DNA of 64,000 nucleotides from an uncultured Aquitalea sp. (GTDB lineage Bacteria; Pseudomonadota; Gammaproteobacteria; Burkholderiales; Chromobacteriaceae): NCBI RefSeq assembly GCF_945957525.1, contig NZ_CAMFLA010000021.1, positions 1 to 64,000 of the forward strand, read 5' to 3'. Shown piece by piece: positions 18,822 to 26,954 of this stretch (position 1 is its first letter; each line of letters starts with the position of its first letter). The notes under the pieces were generated by a model. It saw only the letters and a program-made list of their open reading frames with translations, ran no database searches and was not told where the DNA came from. The position numbers and the translations under genes were made by a program.

Positions 18822-20272
18822 GAGCGCGCCCCCTCTCCCGTGGCGCGGCCATAGTCGTCGTTGAAGCGCACGATATCGTCTTCGCCCAGATACTGGCCGC
18901 TTTGCACCTCGATCATCACCAGATCAATGCGTCCCGGGTTATACAAGCGATGACGCTCTCCGGCCGGAATGAAAGTGGACTGGTTGGTGTGCACCAAGCG
19001 CACCGCCTCGCCATTGGTCACTTGCGCCGTGCCGCTGACCACAATCCAGTGCTCGCTGCGGTGATGGTGCATCTGCAACGACAGCGAAGCGCCGGGCTTG
19101 ACCAGAATGCGCTTGATCTTGAAGCTCTCGCCTTCCTCCAGCACCGTGTAATAGCCCCAGGGCCGATGCGCGGTGCGATGCTGGCTGCCGGCCTGATGCC
19201 CGCCCTGCTTGAGCTTGGCCACCACTTCGCGCACTTCCTGGCTGCGGGCGCGATCAGCCACCAGCAAAGCGTCCGGCGTATCCACGATCACCAGATCCCG
19301 CAAGCCAATGGCGGCAATCAAGCGCCCGCGCGCCTGGATGAAACAATGGTGACTGTCCTGGCTGATCACCTCGCCGGACAGGCGGTTGCCGTTTGCGTCC
19401 TCCGGGTACAAACCAGCGTAACTGTCCCAGCTGCCGATATCGCTCCAACCCAGGCTGCAAGGCAGCACTGCGGCGTTGTCGGCTTTTTCCATTACCGCGT
19501 AATCAAAGGAAATGTCCGGACAAGCCCTGAAGGCCGTTTCGTCCAGTTCGCGTTGCGAGCGCCCGCCGCCCTCCAGCAAGGGGCTGGCGTCCAGACTGCG
19601 CGTCACCGCCTCCCGCACCTCCGGCGCATGGCGGGAAAAGGCATCATTCAGCACATCGGCCCGACTGCAAAACATGCCGCTGTTCCACAGATAACGGCCA
19701 TCGGCAAGAAACGCCTCGGCGCGGGCCGCATCCGGCTTTTCCACGAAACGGGCAATGCAATTGCCGCCTTCGGCCAACCTTTCGCCGGCCTCGATATAGC
19801 CAAAGCCGGTTTCTGCCCGCTCCGGCCGCAGGCCAAAGGCCACGATATGGCCCACCTGCGCCATGCGCAGCGCCTCCGCCGCCGCTTCGTCGAAGGCCGC
19901 CTCGTCCTGTATAAGATGATCCGCTGGCAAGACCAGCAGCGTTGCTCCCGGCCAGCGCGTTTCAGCCTCCAGCGCCGCCGCGGCGATGGCTGGCGCGGTA
20001 TTGCGACCCAGCGGCTCCAACAACAGCTCGATCGGCAAACCACGCGCGTTCACCGCTTGGCATTCGTCCAGCGTGCGAAACAGCGAGGACTGGCCGGTCA
20101 CGATCAGCACCCGCTCCACGCCGGGCAAGGCGGCGGCGCGCTGGAAGGTTTTCTGCAGCAGGCTTTGATCGTCCGGCAAGCGCATGAAGGGCTTGGGAAA
20201 CGACGCGCGCGACACCGGCCACAGGCGCGTGCCCGCGCCGCCGGAAATGATGCAGGGAATCAAGGACGACAT
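18818..20272 (-). CDS. pslB: Bifunctional mannose-6-phosphate isomerase and mannose-1-phosphate guanylyltransferase (PMI-GMP, AlgA/PslB type).
   Basis: The nucleotidyltransferase N-terminus is IISGGAGTRLWP. The C-terminal cupin PMI domain is present (..QMHHHRSEHWIVVSGTAQV..). It is 484 aa. Confidence 0.8.
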   Translation of the reverse strand: MSSLIPCIISGGAGTRLWPVSRASFPKPFMRLPDDQSLLQKTFQRAAALPGVERVLIVTGQSSLFRTLDECQAVNARGLPIELLLEPLGRNTAPAIAAAALEAETRWPGATLLVLPADHLIQDEAAFDEAAAEALRMAQVGHIVAFGLRPERAETGFGYIEAGERLAEGGNCIARFVEKPDAARAEAFLADGRYLWNSGMFCSRADVLNDAFSRHAPEVREAVTRSLDASPLLEGGGRSQRELDETAFRACPDISFDYAVMEKADNAAVLPCSLGWSDIGSWDSYAGLYPEDANGNRLSGEVISQDSHHCFIQARGRLIAAIGLRDLVIVDTPDALLVADRARSQEVREVVAKLKQGGHQAGSQHRTAHRPWGYYTVLEEGESFKIKRILVKPGASLSLQMHHHRSEHWIVVSGTAQVTNGEAVRLVHTNQSTFIPAGERHRLYNPGRIDLVMIEVQSGQYLGEDDIVRFNDDYGRATGEGARS

Positions 20273-20282
20273 GGCAAGCCTT

Positions 20283-21731
20283 TCAATAAGCGGCCTCGCC
20301 GCCCAGCACCGCCAGCGGCGTGAGCGCGAGGATGTAAAGGTCGAACCAGAGCGACCAGTTCTCGATGTATTCCAGGTCGTAGGCCACCCGCTTTTCTATC
20401 TTTTCCAGCGTATCGGTCTCGCCCCGGTAGCCTTTCACTTGGGCCCAGCCGGTGATGCCGGGCTTCACCCGATGGCGCGAGGTGTATTCGTCCACCGCTT
20501 CTTCGAACAACACGCCCGCCGCCTTGGTGGCCTTGGCGTGCGGGCGCGGCCCCACCATGGACATGCTGCCGCCCAGCACATTGAAGAGCTGCGGCAGCTC
20601 GTCGATGCTGGTCTTGCGGATGAAGCGCCCCACCCGCGTCACGCGCGGATCGTGACGCGTGGTCTGGCTGGCCGCGTGGTGATCGGTCATCTCGGTGTAC
20701 ATCGAGCGGAATTTGAAGACTTCGATCAGGCGGTTGTTGTAGCCGTAGCGCTTTTGCCGGAACAGCACCGGCCCGGGCGAATCCAGCTTGATCAGCACGG
20801 CGGTCAACAACATCAACGGAGAAAACAGCAGCAAGGCCAGCGCGGACAGCGCGATGTCCTCCAGCCGCTTTACCAAGGGCGACCAGCCGGACAGCGGCAA
20901 TTCGGAAATATTGAACATCGGCAGCCCGGCCACCGGCGTGATGCGGTTGTGGGCAAAGTGAAAGGCCGCCATGTCCGGGGCCAGTAGCAAGGTGACAGGC
21001 AGCCGGCGCAAATCGCGAATGATGCTGCCCATGCGCTCTACCGCCGCCCAGGGCAACGCGATGAGAATCAGTTGGGCGCCGCCTGCCCGCACCAGCGCTT
21101 CCAGGTCGGCGATGGTGCCAAGATACGGGATGCCGGCCATGCCGTGCCGCGAACGCTCTGCGCGATCATCGGCGTAGCCGATCAGGCGATGGCGCAAGTC
21201 GGCGTGCTCCAGCATGAAGTCGGCCAACCGGCTGCCGCTTTCGGTGCGCCCGACAATCACTGCCTTGCCCAGCCCGCGCCCGCGCCGCACCAGATGGCCA
21301 ATCACCCAGTGGGCCAGCACGCGCTGCAAGGACAAGGCCGTCAGCGTCATGCCGAACCACGCGGCAAGACCGCCATAGCCCAGCTGATGCAAGGCCGGGG
21401 AGAAGAACCTCAACGCCAGAATCAGCAGGAAGCCGGCAGCGCAAGCTAGCGCCAGCGGCCGCAGCCGCCACTGCCGCCCGAACATGGCCGGTCCATAGAG
21501 GCCGAAAGCCTGGAACACCACGGCCATGACCAGGCCGCAGGTAAGAATCGGACGCCACCAGACAAGCAGCGCCTCGCCGAGAGTGAGAATCGAACGGGAA
21601 CTGCCAGCGCCGGCCGCCAGCAAACCGCAAAGCGTCACCCAGAAAACATGGGAGAGTCGCGCTGCCAGTCGCAGGTAAACCACCACTTCAGCCCCGGTTC
21701 GGTCCTGTTGTTCAATACTGTGAATCAGCAT
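20283..21731 (-). CDS. pslA: Undecaprenyl-phosphate hexose-1-phosphate transferase (WbaP/WcaJ/PslA-type priming glycosyltransferase).
   Basis: It has N-terminal TM helices, and the C-terminal bacterial sugar transferase domain is [50 protein letters not shown]. It is the first gene of the operon. Confidence 0.8.
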   Translation of the reverse strand: MLIHSIEQQDRTGAEVVVYLRLAARLSHVFWVTLCGLLAAGAGSSRSILTLGEALLVWWRPILTCGLVMAVVFQAFGLYGPAMFGRQWRLRPLALACAAGFLLILALRFFSPALHQLGYGGLAAWFGMTLTALSLQRVLAHWVIGHLVRRGRGLGKAVIVGRTESGSRLADFMLEHADLRHRLIGYADDRAERSRHGMAGIPYLGTIADLEALVRAGGAQLILIALPWAAVERMGSIIRDLRRLPVTLLLAPDMAAFHFAHNRITPVAGLPMFNISELPLSGWSPLVKRLEDIALSALALLLFSPLMLLTAVLIKLDSPGPVLFRQKRYGYNNRLIEVFKFRSMYTEMTDHHAASQTTRHDPRVTRVGRFIRKTSIDELPQLFNVLGGSMSMVGPRPHAKATKAAGVLFEEAVDEYTSRHRVKPGITGWAQVKGYRGETDTLEKIEKRVAYDLEYIENWSLWFDLYILALTPLAVLGGEAAY

Positions 21732-22199
21732 TGTCCAGACCTTTGTTTAAACTGTTGCAATTATAAATCTAAAATACAGCAACAGCACCCGGCCTCAGCA
21801 GCATTTCTTTACTCTCTTTACAGCAATAGGCTCATTTTCAAGCAACAAACAGGTCGTTTTGCTTGAAAATGCAGTACAAATCCTGCCATCCAGCCCCCCG
21901 CGCCCCACATTCCCTTGCACCTTGCCAACAATGCAAATTGTTAATTCATATTAAATCCATTACCCATCAAGGCTCTGCAACACCCAACCATCGCCCGTCA
22001 CTCGCAAAGCAATAGACAAATTAGTATTTAAAATGATTTAACAAAAAGTGATGCAAAGATGCGACACACGATCTGTCCATTCATGATCGTCAGCCCTTCC
22101 GCCGCCCTTTCTCGCGTACCTTCCAGCGGTTTTCCTTGCTTTTTGTGCAAACGCACATATGCTGAATGAAAATACCCACATAGCTGTTTCACACCAATC
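21732..22199. promoter_or_regulatory. A 470-bp AT-rich intergenic leader and promoter region. It lies between the divergent EPS operon (minus strand) and the small membrane protein and SPFH genes (plus strand).
   Basis: The AT-richness contrasts sharply with the roughly 65% GC of the surrounding DNA. The region contains no plausible ORF, and the first EPS gene starts at 21731. Confidence 0.6.
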
Positions 22200-22445
22200 A
22201 TGAATACTCCTCTTCGCGTACTGCTCACTGCAGTCGTGATCCTCGCGGCAAGCGCCATCCTGCGGCTCGTCGAGCCCTGGACGGCGCTTGAAGCCAACAC
22301 CCTCACCGTCAGCCAATTCGCCAACAGCAATGCCGCCGCCATCGCCAGTCAGTTCGCCGGCAATGGCGCATGGCTTGCCCGGCTGTTGGTTGGCGTGCCG
22401 GGGCTGGCTCTCATTGCTGTCATCTGGCTGAAAAAACCCCGATAG
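22200..22445 (+). CDS. Small two-TM membrane protein (81 aa), hypothetical.
   Basis: It has two hydrophobic helices, LLTAVVILAASAIL and LLVGVPGLALIAVIWL. The SD is weak. The gene lies immediately upstream of the SPFH lipoprotein gene. Confidence 0.4.
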   Translation: MNTPLRVLLTAVVILAASAILRLVEPWTALEANTLTVSQFANSNAAAIASQFAGNGAWLARLLVGVPGLALIAVIWLKKPR

Positions 22446-22456
22446 AAAGACGCATC

Positions 22457-23386
22457 ATGAAAAAAACCATGGTTCTGCCGGCCATGGCCGGCGCCCTGTT
22501 GCTGACTGCTTGCACCCACAACGCCATCGACGAATTCCAGGAAGTTGGCCCTTCGGAAACAGCTTTCCTTATCGCACTGGATGGCGACACCATGAAAAAC
22601 CAGTCCAGGCTGCAATCTGTGGAGTTTTTAGAGAAAAACAAAGTCAGCGATAAACGGGTCATGATCCCGCACCGCATGGTCAACCTGTGCCCCTCCTGCT
22701 GGTGGGGCCAATACCAGGACATGCCCAGCGCCAAACTGATCCGCATCTCGCGCGCGCCGGTAACCCGGGAATGGACGCGGTCGGGCCTTACCGGCACCAG
22801 CGCTTCGAACCAGGCCTTCTCGGTGGAAACCAGCGAGTCCATCGACTTCGATATCGGCGCAACGATGACCGCCCACATCAATGAAACCGACGCAGCGAAA
22901 TTCCTCTATTTCTATGCCGGTAAGCAGCTGGCCGAAGTGGCGGACAGCAACATTCGCAGTTTTGTTGCCGCCAGCCTGGCAAGACAGTTCGGCGCCAACA
23001 CGCTCGACTGGTGCCGCGCGCACAAGAACGAGGTGTTCGCCAACGCCTTGAAAGAAGCGCAGGACGCCTTTGCCCCCAAAGGCATCGCCATCGACAATCT
23101 GGGTTTTGTCGAAGGCATGACCTACCACGACCAACGCATCCAGGACGCCATCAACAAGAAGTTTGAAGCCGACGTGCAGGTGGAGGCAGCGCGTCAGCAA
23201 CTGGCCGCTGCCGAAACGCTGGCCAAGGCGCAAACCGCCGTACAGGCACAGCAAGAGCTGGAAATGAAAAAGCGCGCGCTGGATCTGCAGGCCAAGGCCA
23301 TAGACAAGTGGGACGGGCATTTGCCGCAGGTGGTGGGCAGCGACAGCAAGCTGATGCTGGGCATGGGCGATATGCTGCGCAAATGA
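22457..23386 (+). CDS. SPFH/band-7 (prohibitin-like) domain lipoprotein with a C-terminal coiled-coil.
   Basis: The lipobox is LLLTAC. The SPFH-like core is ..FSVETSESIDFDIGATMTAHI..GIAIDNLGFVEGM.. followed by an Ala/Gln-rich coiled-coil. Confidence 0.55.
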   Translation: MKKTMVLPAMAGALLLTACTHNAIDEFQEVGPSETAFLIALDGDTMKNQSRLQSVEFLEKNKVSDKRVMIPHRMVNLCPSCWWGQYQDMPSAKLIRISRAPVTREWTRSGLTGTSASNQAFSVETSESIDFDIGATMTAHINETDAAKFLYFYAGKQLAEVADSNIRSFVAASLARQFGANTLDWCRAHKNEVFANALKEAQDAFAPKGIAIDNLGFVEGMTYHDQRIQDAINKKFEADVQVEAARQQLAAAETLAKAQTAVQAQQELEMKKRALDLQAKAIDKWDGHLPQVVGSDSKLMLGMGDMLRK

Positions 23387-23451
23387 CGGCATTGCCAGAA
23401 AGCGGGAAATCGCCAATCATGTTTCCGCAAACCTGATCACAAGGACAAGAC

Positions 23452-24090
23452 ATGATCGTCACCCCCGACCAGTGGCTGGCCTTTCTCGCCGCCGCCATTC
23501 TGATCACCCTGTCGCCCGGCCCGGACAACCTGATGGTGTTGAGCCTGGGCATCGCGCGCGGCCGTCGCCAGGGCATGGTATTCGGCCTTGGCTGCGCGCT
23601 GGGCTGCATCACCCACACCCTGCTGGCGGCGCTGGGCATCAGCGCGCTGATTGCCGCATCGCCGCTGGCGTTTACCGCGCTGAAGCTCTCCGGCGGGGCT
23701 TACCTGATATGGCTTGGCTGGCAAGCCATCCGCAGCCGGGGCGGTTCACTGGATGCCGGCAAGGCCAAGGGGCGGAACGAGCCGCTGGCGGTCCTGTTTC
23801 GCCGCGGCCTGATCGCCAACGCCATCAACCCCAAAGTGGTGCTGTTCTTCCTGGCTTTCTTGCCGCAATTCGTAGTGACTTCGCGCGGGCACGTCGGCCT
23901 GCAAACGCTGATACTGGGACTGACCTTCACCCTGCAAGGCGCCGTGCTTTTCGGCTCGTTGGGTTATTTTGCTGGCCATGTCGGCGCCTGGTTCAACCGC
24001 AGCCCGCGCGCCGGCATGTGGCTGGACCGCATCGCCGGCAGCATCTTCATCGCACTGGGCCTGCGACTGGTCCTGGCGCCGCAACGCTGA
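23452..24090 (+). CDS. LysE/RhtB-family amino-acid exporter.
   Basis: The LysE signature N-terminus is LSPGPDNLMVLSLGIARG, and the protein has six TM segments. A good SD, AAGGA, is present. Confidence 0.8.
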   Translation: MIVTPDQWLAFLAAAILITLSPGPDNLMVLSLGIARGRRQGMVFGLGCALGCITHTLLAALGISALIAASPLAFTALKLSGGAYLIWLGWQAIRSRGGSLDAGKAKGRNEPLAVLFRRGLIANAINPKVVLFFLAFLPQFVVTSRGHVGLQTLILGLTFTLQGAVLFGSLGYFAGHVGAWFNRSPRAGMWLDRIAGSIFIALGLRLVLAPQR

Positions 24091-24112
24091 GCGCGCATGG
24101 CGTGCATAAAAC

Positions 24113-24147
24113 AAAAGGGGTTGGCTCAAAGCCAACCCCTTTCTCTT
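24113..24147. terminator. Bidirectional rho-independent terminator (aaaaggggttggc tcaa agccaacccctttctctt).
   Basis: It is a perfect 13-bp stem flanked by an A run and a T-rich run, between the convergent lysE and small membrane protein genes. Confidence 0.7.
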
Positions 24148-24163
24148 CGGCCAACCTCGCCGC

Positions 24164-24373
24164 CTACTTCTTGCCCATCACCAAAAACTCCACCAGCACA
24201 TTCTTGAAGATGAAGCCGCTGACGCCAAAGCCCAGCACCAGGAACAGAATCGCCGTGCCAAGCTTGCCCGCCTGGGATTTCTTGCCCAGATCCCAGATGA
24301 TGAAACCCATGAAGATGATCAGCCCGGACAGGCAGACGATCATCGAAATATTGGTGAATTGTTCTTCAGACAC
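24164..24373 (-). CDS. Small inner-membrane protein (about 69 aa, DUF2788-like). It probably starts at the GTG at 24371-24373 behind an AAGGA SD.
   Basis: It has two TM helices (MIVCLSGLIIFMGFIIW; LGTAILFLVLGFGVSGFIF). The long upstream extension in the ORF track is rejected. Confidence 0.45.
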   Translation of the reverse strand: MSEEQFTNISMIVCLSGLIIFMGFIIWDLGKKSQAGKLGTAILFLVLGFGVSGFIFKNVLVEFLVMGKK

Positions 24374-24527
24374 CTTGTCATCCTTTGCTGTTGCCGCCGC
24401 CTGCGGCGGGCCCGCTCGCCCGCGCGCATCCATTCGGAGGTGATAACGATACTCGTCCCGCCTCGCCGGCTCAACCTTGATGGCGATCATGAAAACCCGG
24501 CACGCCACGCGTCGCGCATGCGCCCAT

Positions 24528-24553
24528 GAAAAAAGGCCGCCTCCCGGGCGGCC
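24528..24553 (-). terminator. Rho-independent terminator downstream of argG.
   Basis: On the minus strand the hairpin ggccgcctcccgggcggcc is followed by a T6 run. Confidence 0.65.
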
Positions 24554-24570
24554 TTCTCATGGTCGGTGCC

Positions 24571-25797
24571 TTAACCGCGACGATGCTTGGCGTTGGCGGC
24601 AATCCGCATGCGCAAGGCATTCAGACGGATGAAGCCGGCAGCATCGGCATGATTGTAGGCGCCGCCGTCCTCATCGAAGGTAGCAATGGTGGGGTCGAAC
24701 AACGAATCGGTCTTCGATTCGCGGCCAACCACAATCACATTGCCCTTGTACAGTTTCAGACGCACCCAGCCGTTGACCGTGGCTTGCGAAGCGTCGATCA
24801 TGCCTTGCAGCATCAGACGCTCCGGGCTCCACCAGTAGCCTGTGTACACCAGCTTGGCGTACTTCGGCATCAGTTCGTCCTTCAGGTGGGCCACTTCGCG
24901 GTCCAGCGTGATGGATTCGATGGCGCGATGCGCCTTCAGCATGATGGTGCCGCCCGGGGTTTCGTAGCAGCCGCGGGACTTCATGCCCACATAACGGTTT
25001 TCCACGATGTCCAGTCGGCCAATGCCATGCTTGCCGCCCACGCGGTTCAGCTCGGTCAGCACTTGCGCCGGGGACATGGCCACGCCGTTGATGGCGGTGA
25101 TGTCGCCCTTCTCGTACGTCAGTTCCAGATACTCAGCGGCGTCAGGCGCGTTTTCCGGGCTGACGGTCCACAGCCACATATCTTCTTCGGGCTCGGCAGC
25201 CGGGTTTTCCAGCACGGTGCCTTCATAGGAGATATGCAGCAGGTTGGCATCCATGGAATACGGGCTGCCGCCGTTTTTCTTCTTGCTGATGTCGATGCCG
25301 TGAGTCTCGGCGTAGGTCAGCAGCTTCTCGCGGGACAGCAAATCCCATTCGCGCCACGGCGCGATGACCTTCACATCCGGCTTCAGGGCGTAGTAACCCA
25401 GCTCGAAACGCACCTGATCGTTACCCTTGCCGGTAGCGCCGTGGGATACAGCGTCGGCTCCCACCTGGTTGGCGATTTCGATTTGGCGCTTGGCGATCAG
25501 CGGACGCGCAATGGAAGTGCCCAGCAGATACTCGCCTTCATAGATGGCGTTAGCGCGGAACATCGGAAACACGAAATCGCGCACGAATTCTTCGCGCAGG
25601 TCGTCGATGAAGATGTTTTCCGGCTTGATGCCCAGCGATACGGCCTTCTTGCGCGCCGGTTCCACCTCTTCGCCCTGGCCGATGTCGGCGGTAAAGGTCA
25701 CTACTTCGCACTGATAAGTGTCTTGCAGCCACTTGAGGATGACGGAGGTATCCAGACCGCCCGAATAAGCCAGCACTACTTTTTTGATGTCAGACAT
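24571..25797 (-). CDS. argG: Argininosuccinate synthase.
   Basis: The N-terminus is [10 protein letters not shown], and the protein is collinear with ArgG along its whole length. Confidence 0.95.
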   Translation of the reverse strand: MSDIKKVVLAYSGGLDTSVILKWLQDTYQCEVVTFTADIGQGEEVEPARKKAVSLGIKPENIFIDDLREEFVRDFVFPMFRANAIYEGEYLLGTSIARPLIAKRQIEIANQVGADAVSHGATGKGNDQVRFELGYYALKPDVKVIAPWREWDLLSREKLLTYAETHGIDISKKKNGGSPYSMDANLLHISYEGTVLENPAAEPEEDMWLWTVSPENAPDAAEYLELTYEKGDITAINGVAMSPAQVLTELNRVGGKHGIGRLDIVENRYVGMKSRGCYETPGGTIMLKAHRAIESITLDREVAHLKDELMPKYAKLVYTGYWWSPERLMLQGMIDASQATVNGWVRLKLYKGNVIVVGRESKTDSLFDPTIATFDEDGGAYNHADAAGFIRLNALRMRIAANAKHRRG

Positions 25798-25839
25798 GTT
25801 TCTTCTTTCCAGCGAATTGTTTCAGTGTTCTGTTGCGAC

Positions 25840-26763
25840 TCAGTCGTACTGATGTCCCAGCAACAGGAATTCGATCAGCGCCTTTTGCGCGTGCATACGG
25901 TTTTCGGCCTCATCCCAGACCACGCTTTGCGGACCGTCGATCACCTCGGCGCTCACCTCTTCGCCGCGATGAGCCGGCAGACAATGCATGAACAGGGCGT
26001 CGGGCTTGGCATGCTTCATCAGCTCCGCGTTTACCTGATAACCGCTGAAAGCCTCCAGACGCGCGGCGCTTTCGGCTTCAAAGCCCATGCTGGTGAACAC
26101 GTCGGTGGTCACCAGATCGGCGCCGGCGGCGGCACGAACCGGGTCATGCGTGGTTTCCAGGTGCTCGGAGCCGTAGTGCGCGCCATCCAACACGGTGAGT
26201 TCATAGCCGACCGGCGTCGCCACCTTGAGCTTGAAGCCCAGTACCTTGGCCGCTTGCAGCCAGGTTCGGCAAACATTGTTGCCATCGCCGATCCAGGCCA
26301 CGGTCTTGCCCTTGATCGAACCGCGGTGCTCGATGAAGGTGAAGATGTCGGCCAGAATCTGGCAAGGGTGGTATTCGTTGGTCAGGCCGTTGATCACCGG
26401 CACGCGCGAATGGGCGGCAAGGCGGTCCACCAGGGTCTGGTCGAAAGTGCGGATCATGATGATATCGCTCATGCGCGACAGCACGCGGGCGGTATCTTCC
26501 ACCGGCTCGCCCCGGCCAAGCTGGCTCGACTTCGAATCCAGGAACATGGCATGGCCGCCCAATTGGGCCATGCCGGCTTCGAAGGAAACGCGGGTGCGGG
26601 TGGAATTCTTTTCGAAAACCATGGACATCACCTTGCCGACCAGTGGTCGGTACAGCTCGCCTGAGCTGTGTCGTCGCTTCAGTACCTTGGCGCGCTCGAA
26701 GATATGACGGTATTCCTCGTGGTTCAGGTCGCTGAATTGCAGGTAATGGCCTACTGGCTTCAT
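25840..26763 (-). CDS. argF: Ornithine carbamoyltransferase.
   Basis: The motifs STRTR, HPCQ and HCLP are present. The start is at MKPVGHY.. (ATG at 26761-26763). Confidence 0.9.
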   Translation of the reverse strand: MKPVGHYLQFSDLNHEEYRHIFERAKVLKRRHSSGELYRPLVGKVMSMVFEKNSTRTRVSFEAGMAQLGGHAMFLDSKSSQLGRGEPVEDTARVLSRMSDIIMIRTFDQTLVDRLAAHSRVPVINGLTNEYHPCQILADIFTFIEHRGSIKGKTVAWIGDGNNVCRTWLQAAKVLGFKLKVATPVGYELTVLDGAHYGSEHLETTHDPVRAAAGADLVTTDVFTSMGFEAESAARLEAFSGYQVNAELMKHAKPDALFMHCLPAHRGEEVSAEVIDGPQSVVWDEAENRMHAQKALIEFLLLGHQYD

Positions 26764-26954
26764 GATGTAAGGGTTCCAAAAAAAAAGAGCCATCACGCAT
26801 AGAACACGGTGTGTGTCTTCATGCGCAATGGCACATTACTACACGCTGGTCTCAAATCAGTTCACAAGTGTCGCGGTTTTGCTTCAGTCGAAACAAAATT
26901 TACATATTTGCGACATGGATATATTTATCTGAATTTGCCTTGTCTGACAAGGTC

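Noticed and set aside
21732..22199. A JUMPstart/ops element (GGCGGTAG) in the EPS operon leader for RfaH-type antitermination.
   Set aside because: No GGCGGTAG or its complement CTACCGCC is present in the leader.
26764..26954. An ARG box (ArgR operator) upstream of argF.
   Set aside because: Only half-site-like TGAAT fragments are present, with no properly spaced 18-bp palindrome. A small hairpin, ccttgtc-tga-gacaagg, at 26935-26951 is noted but has no flanking U run.
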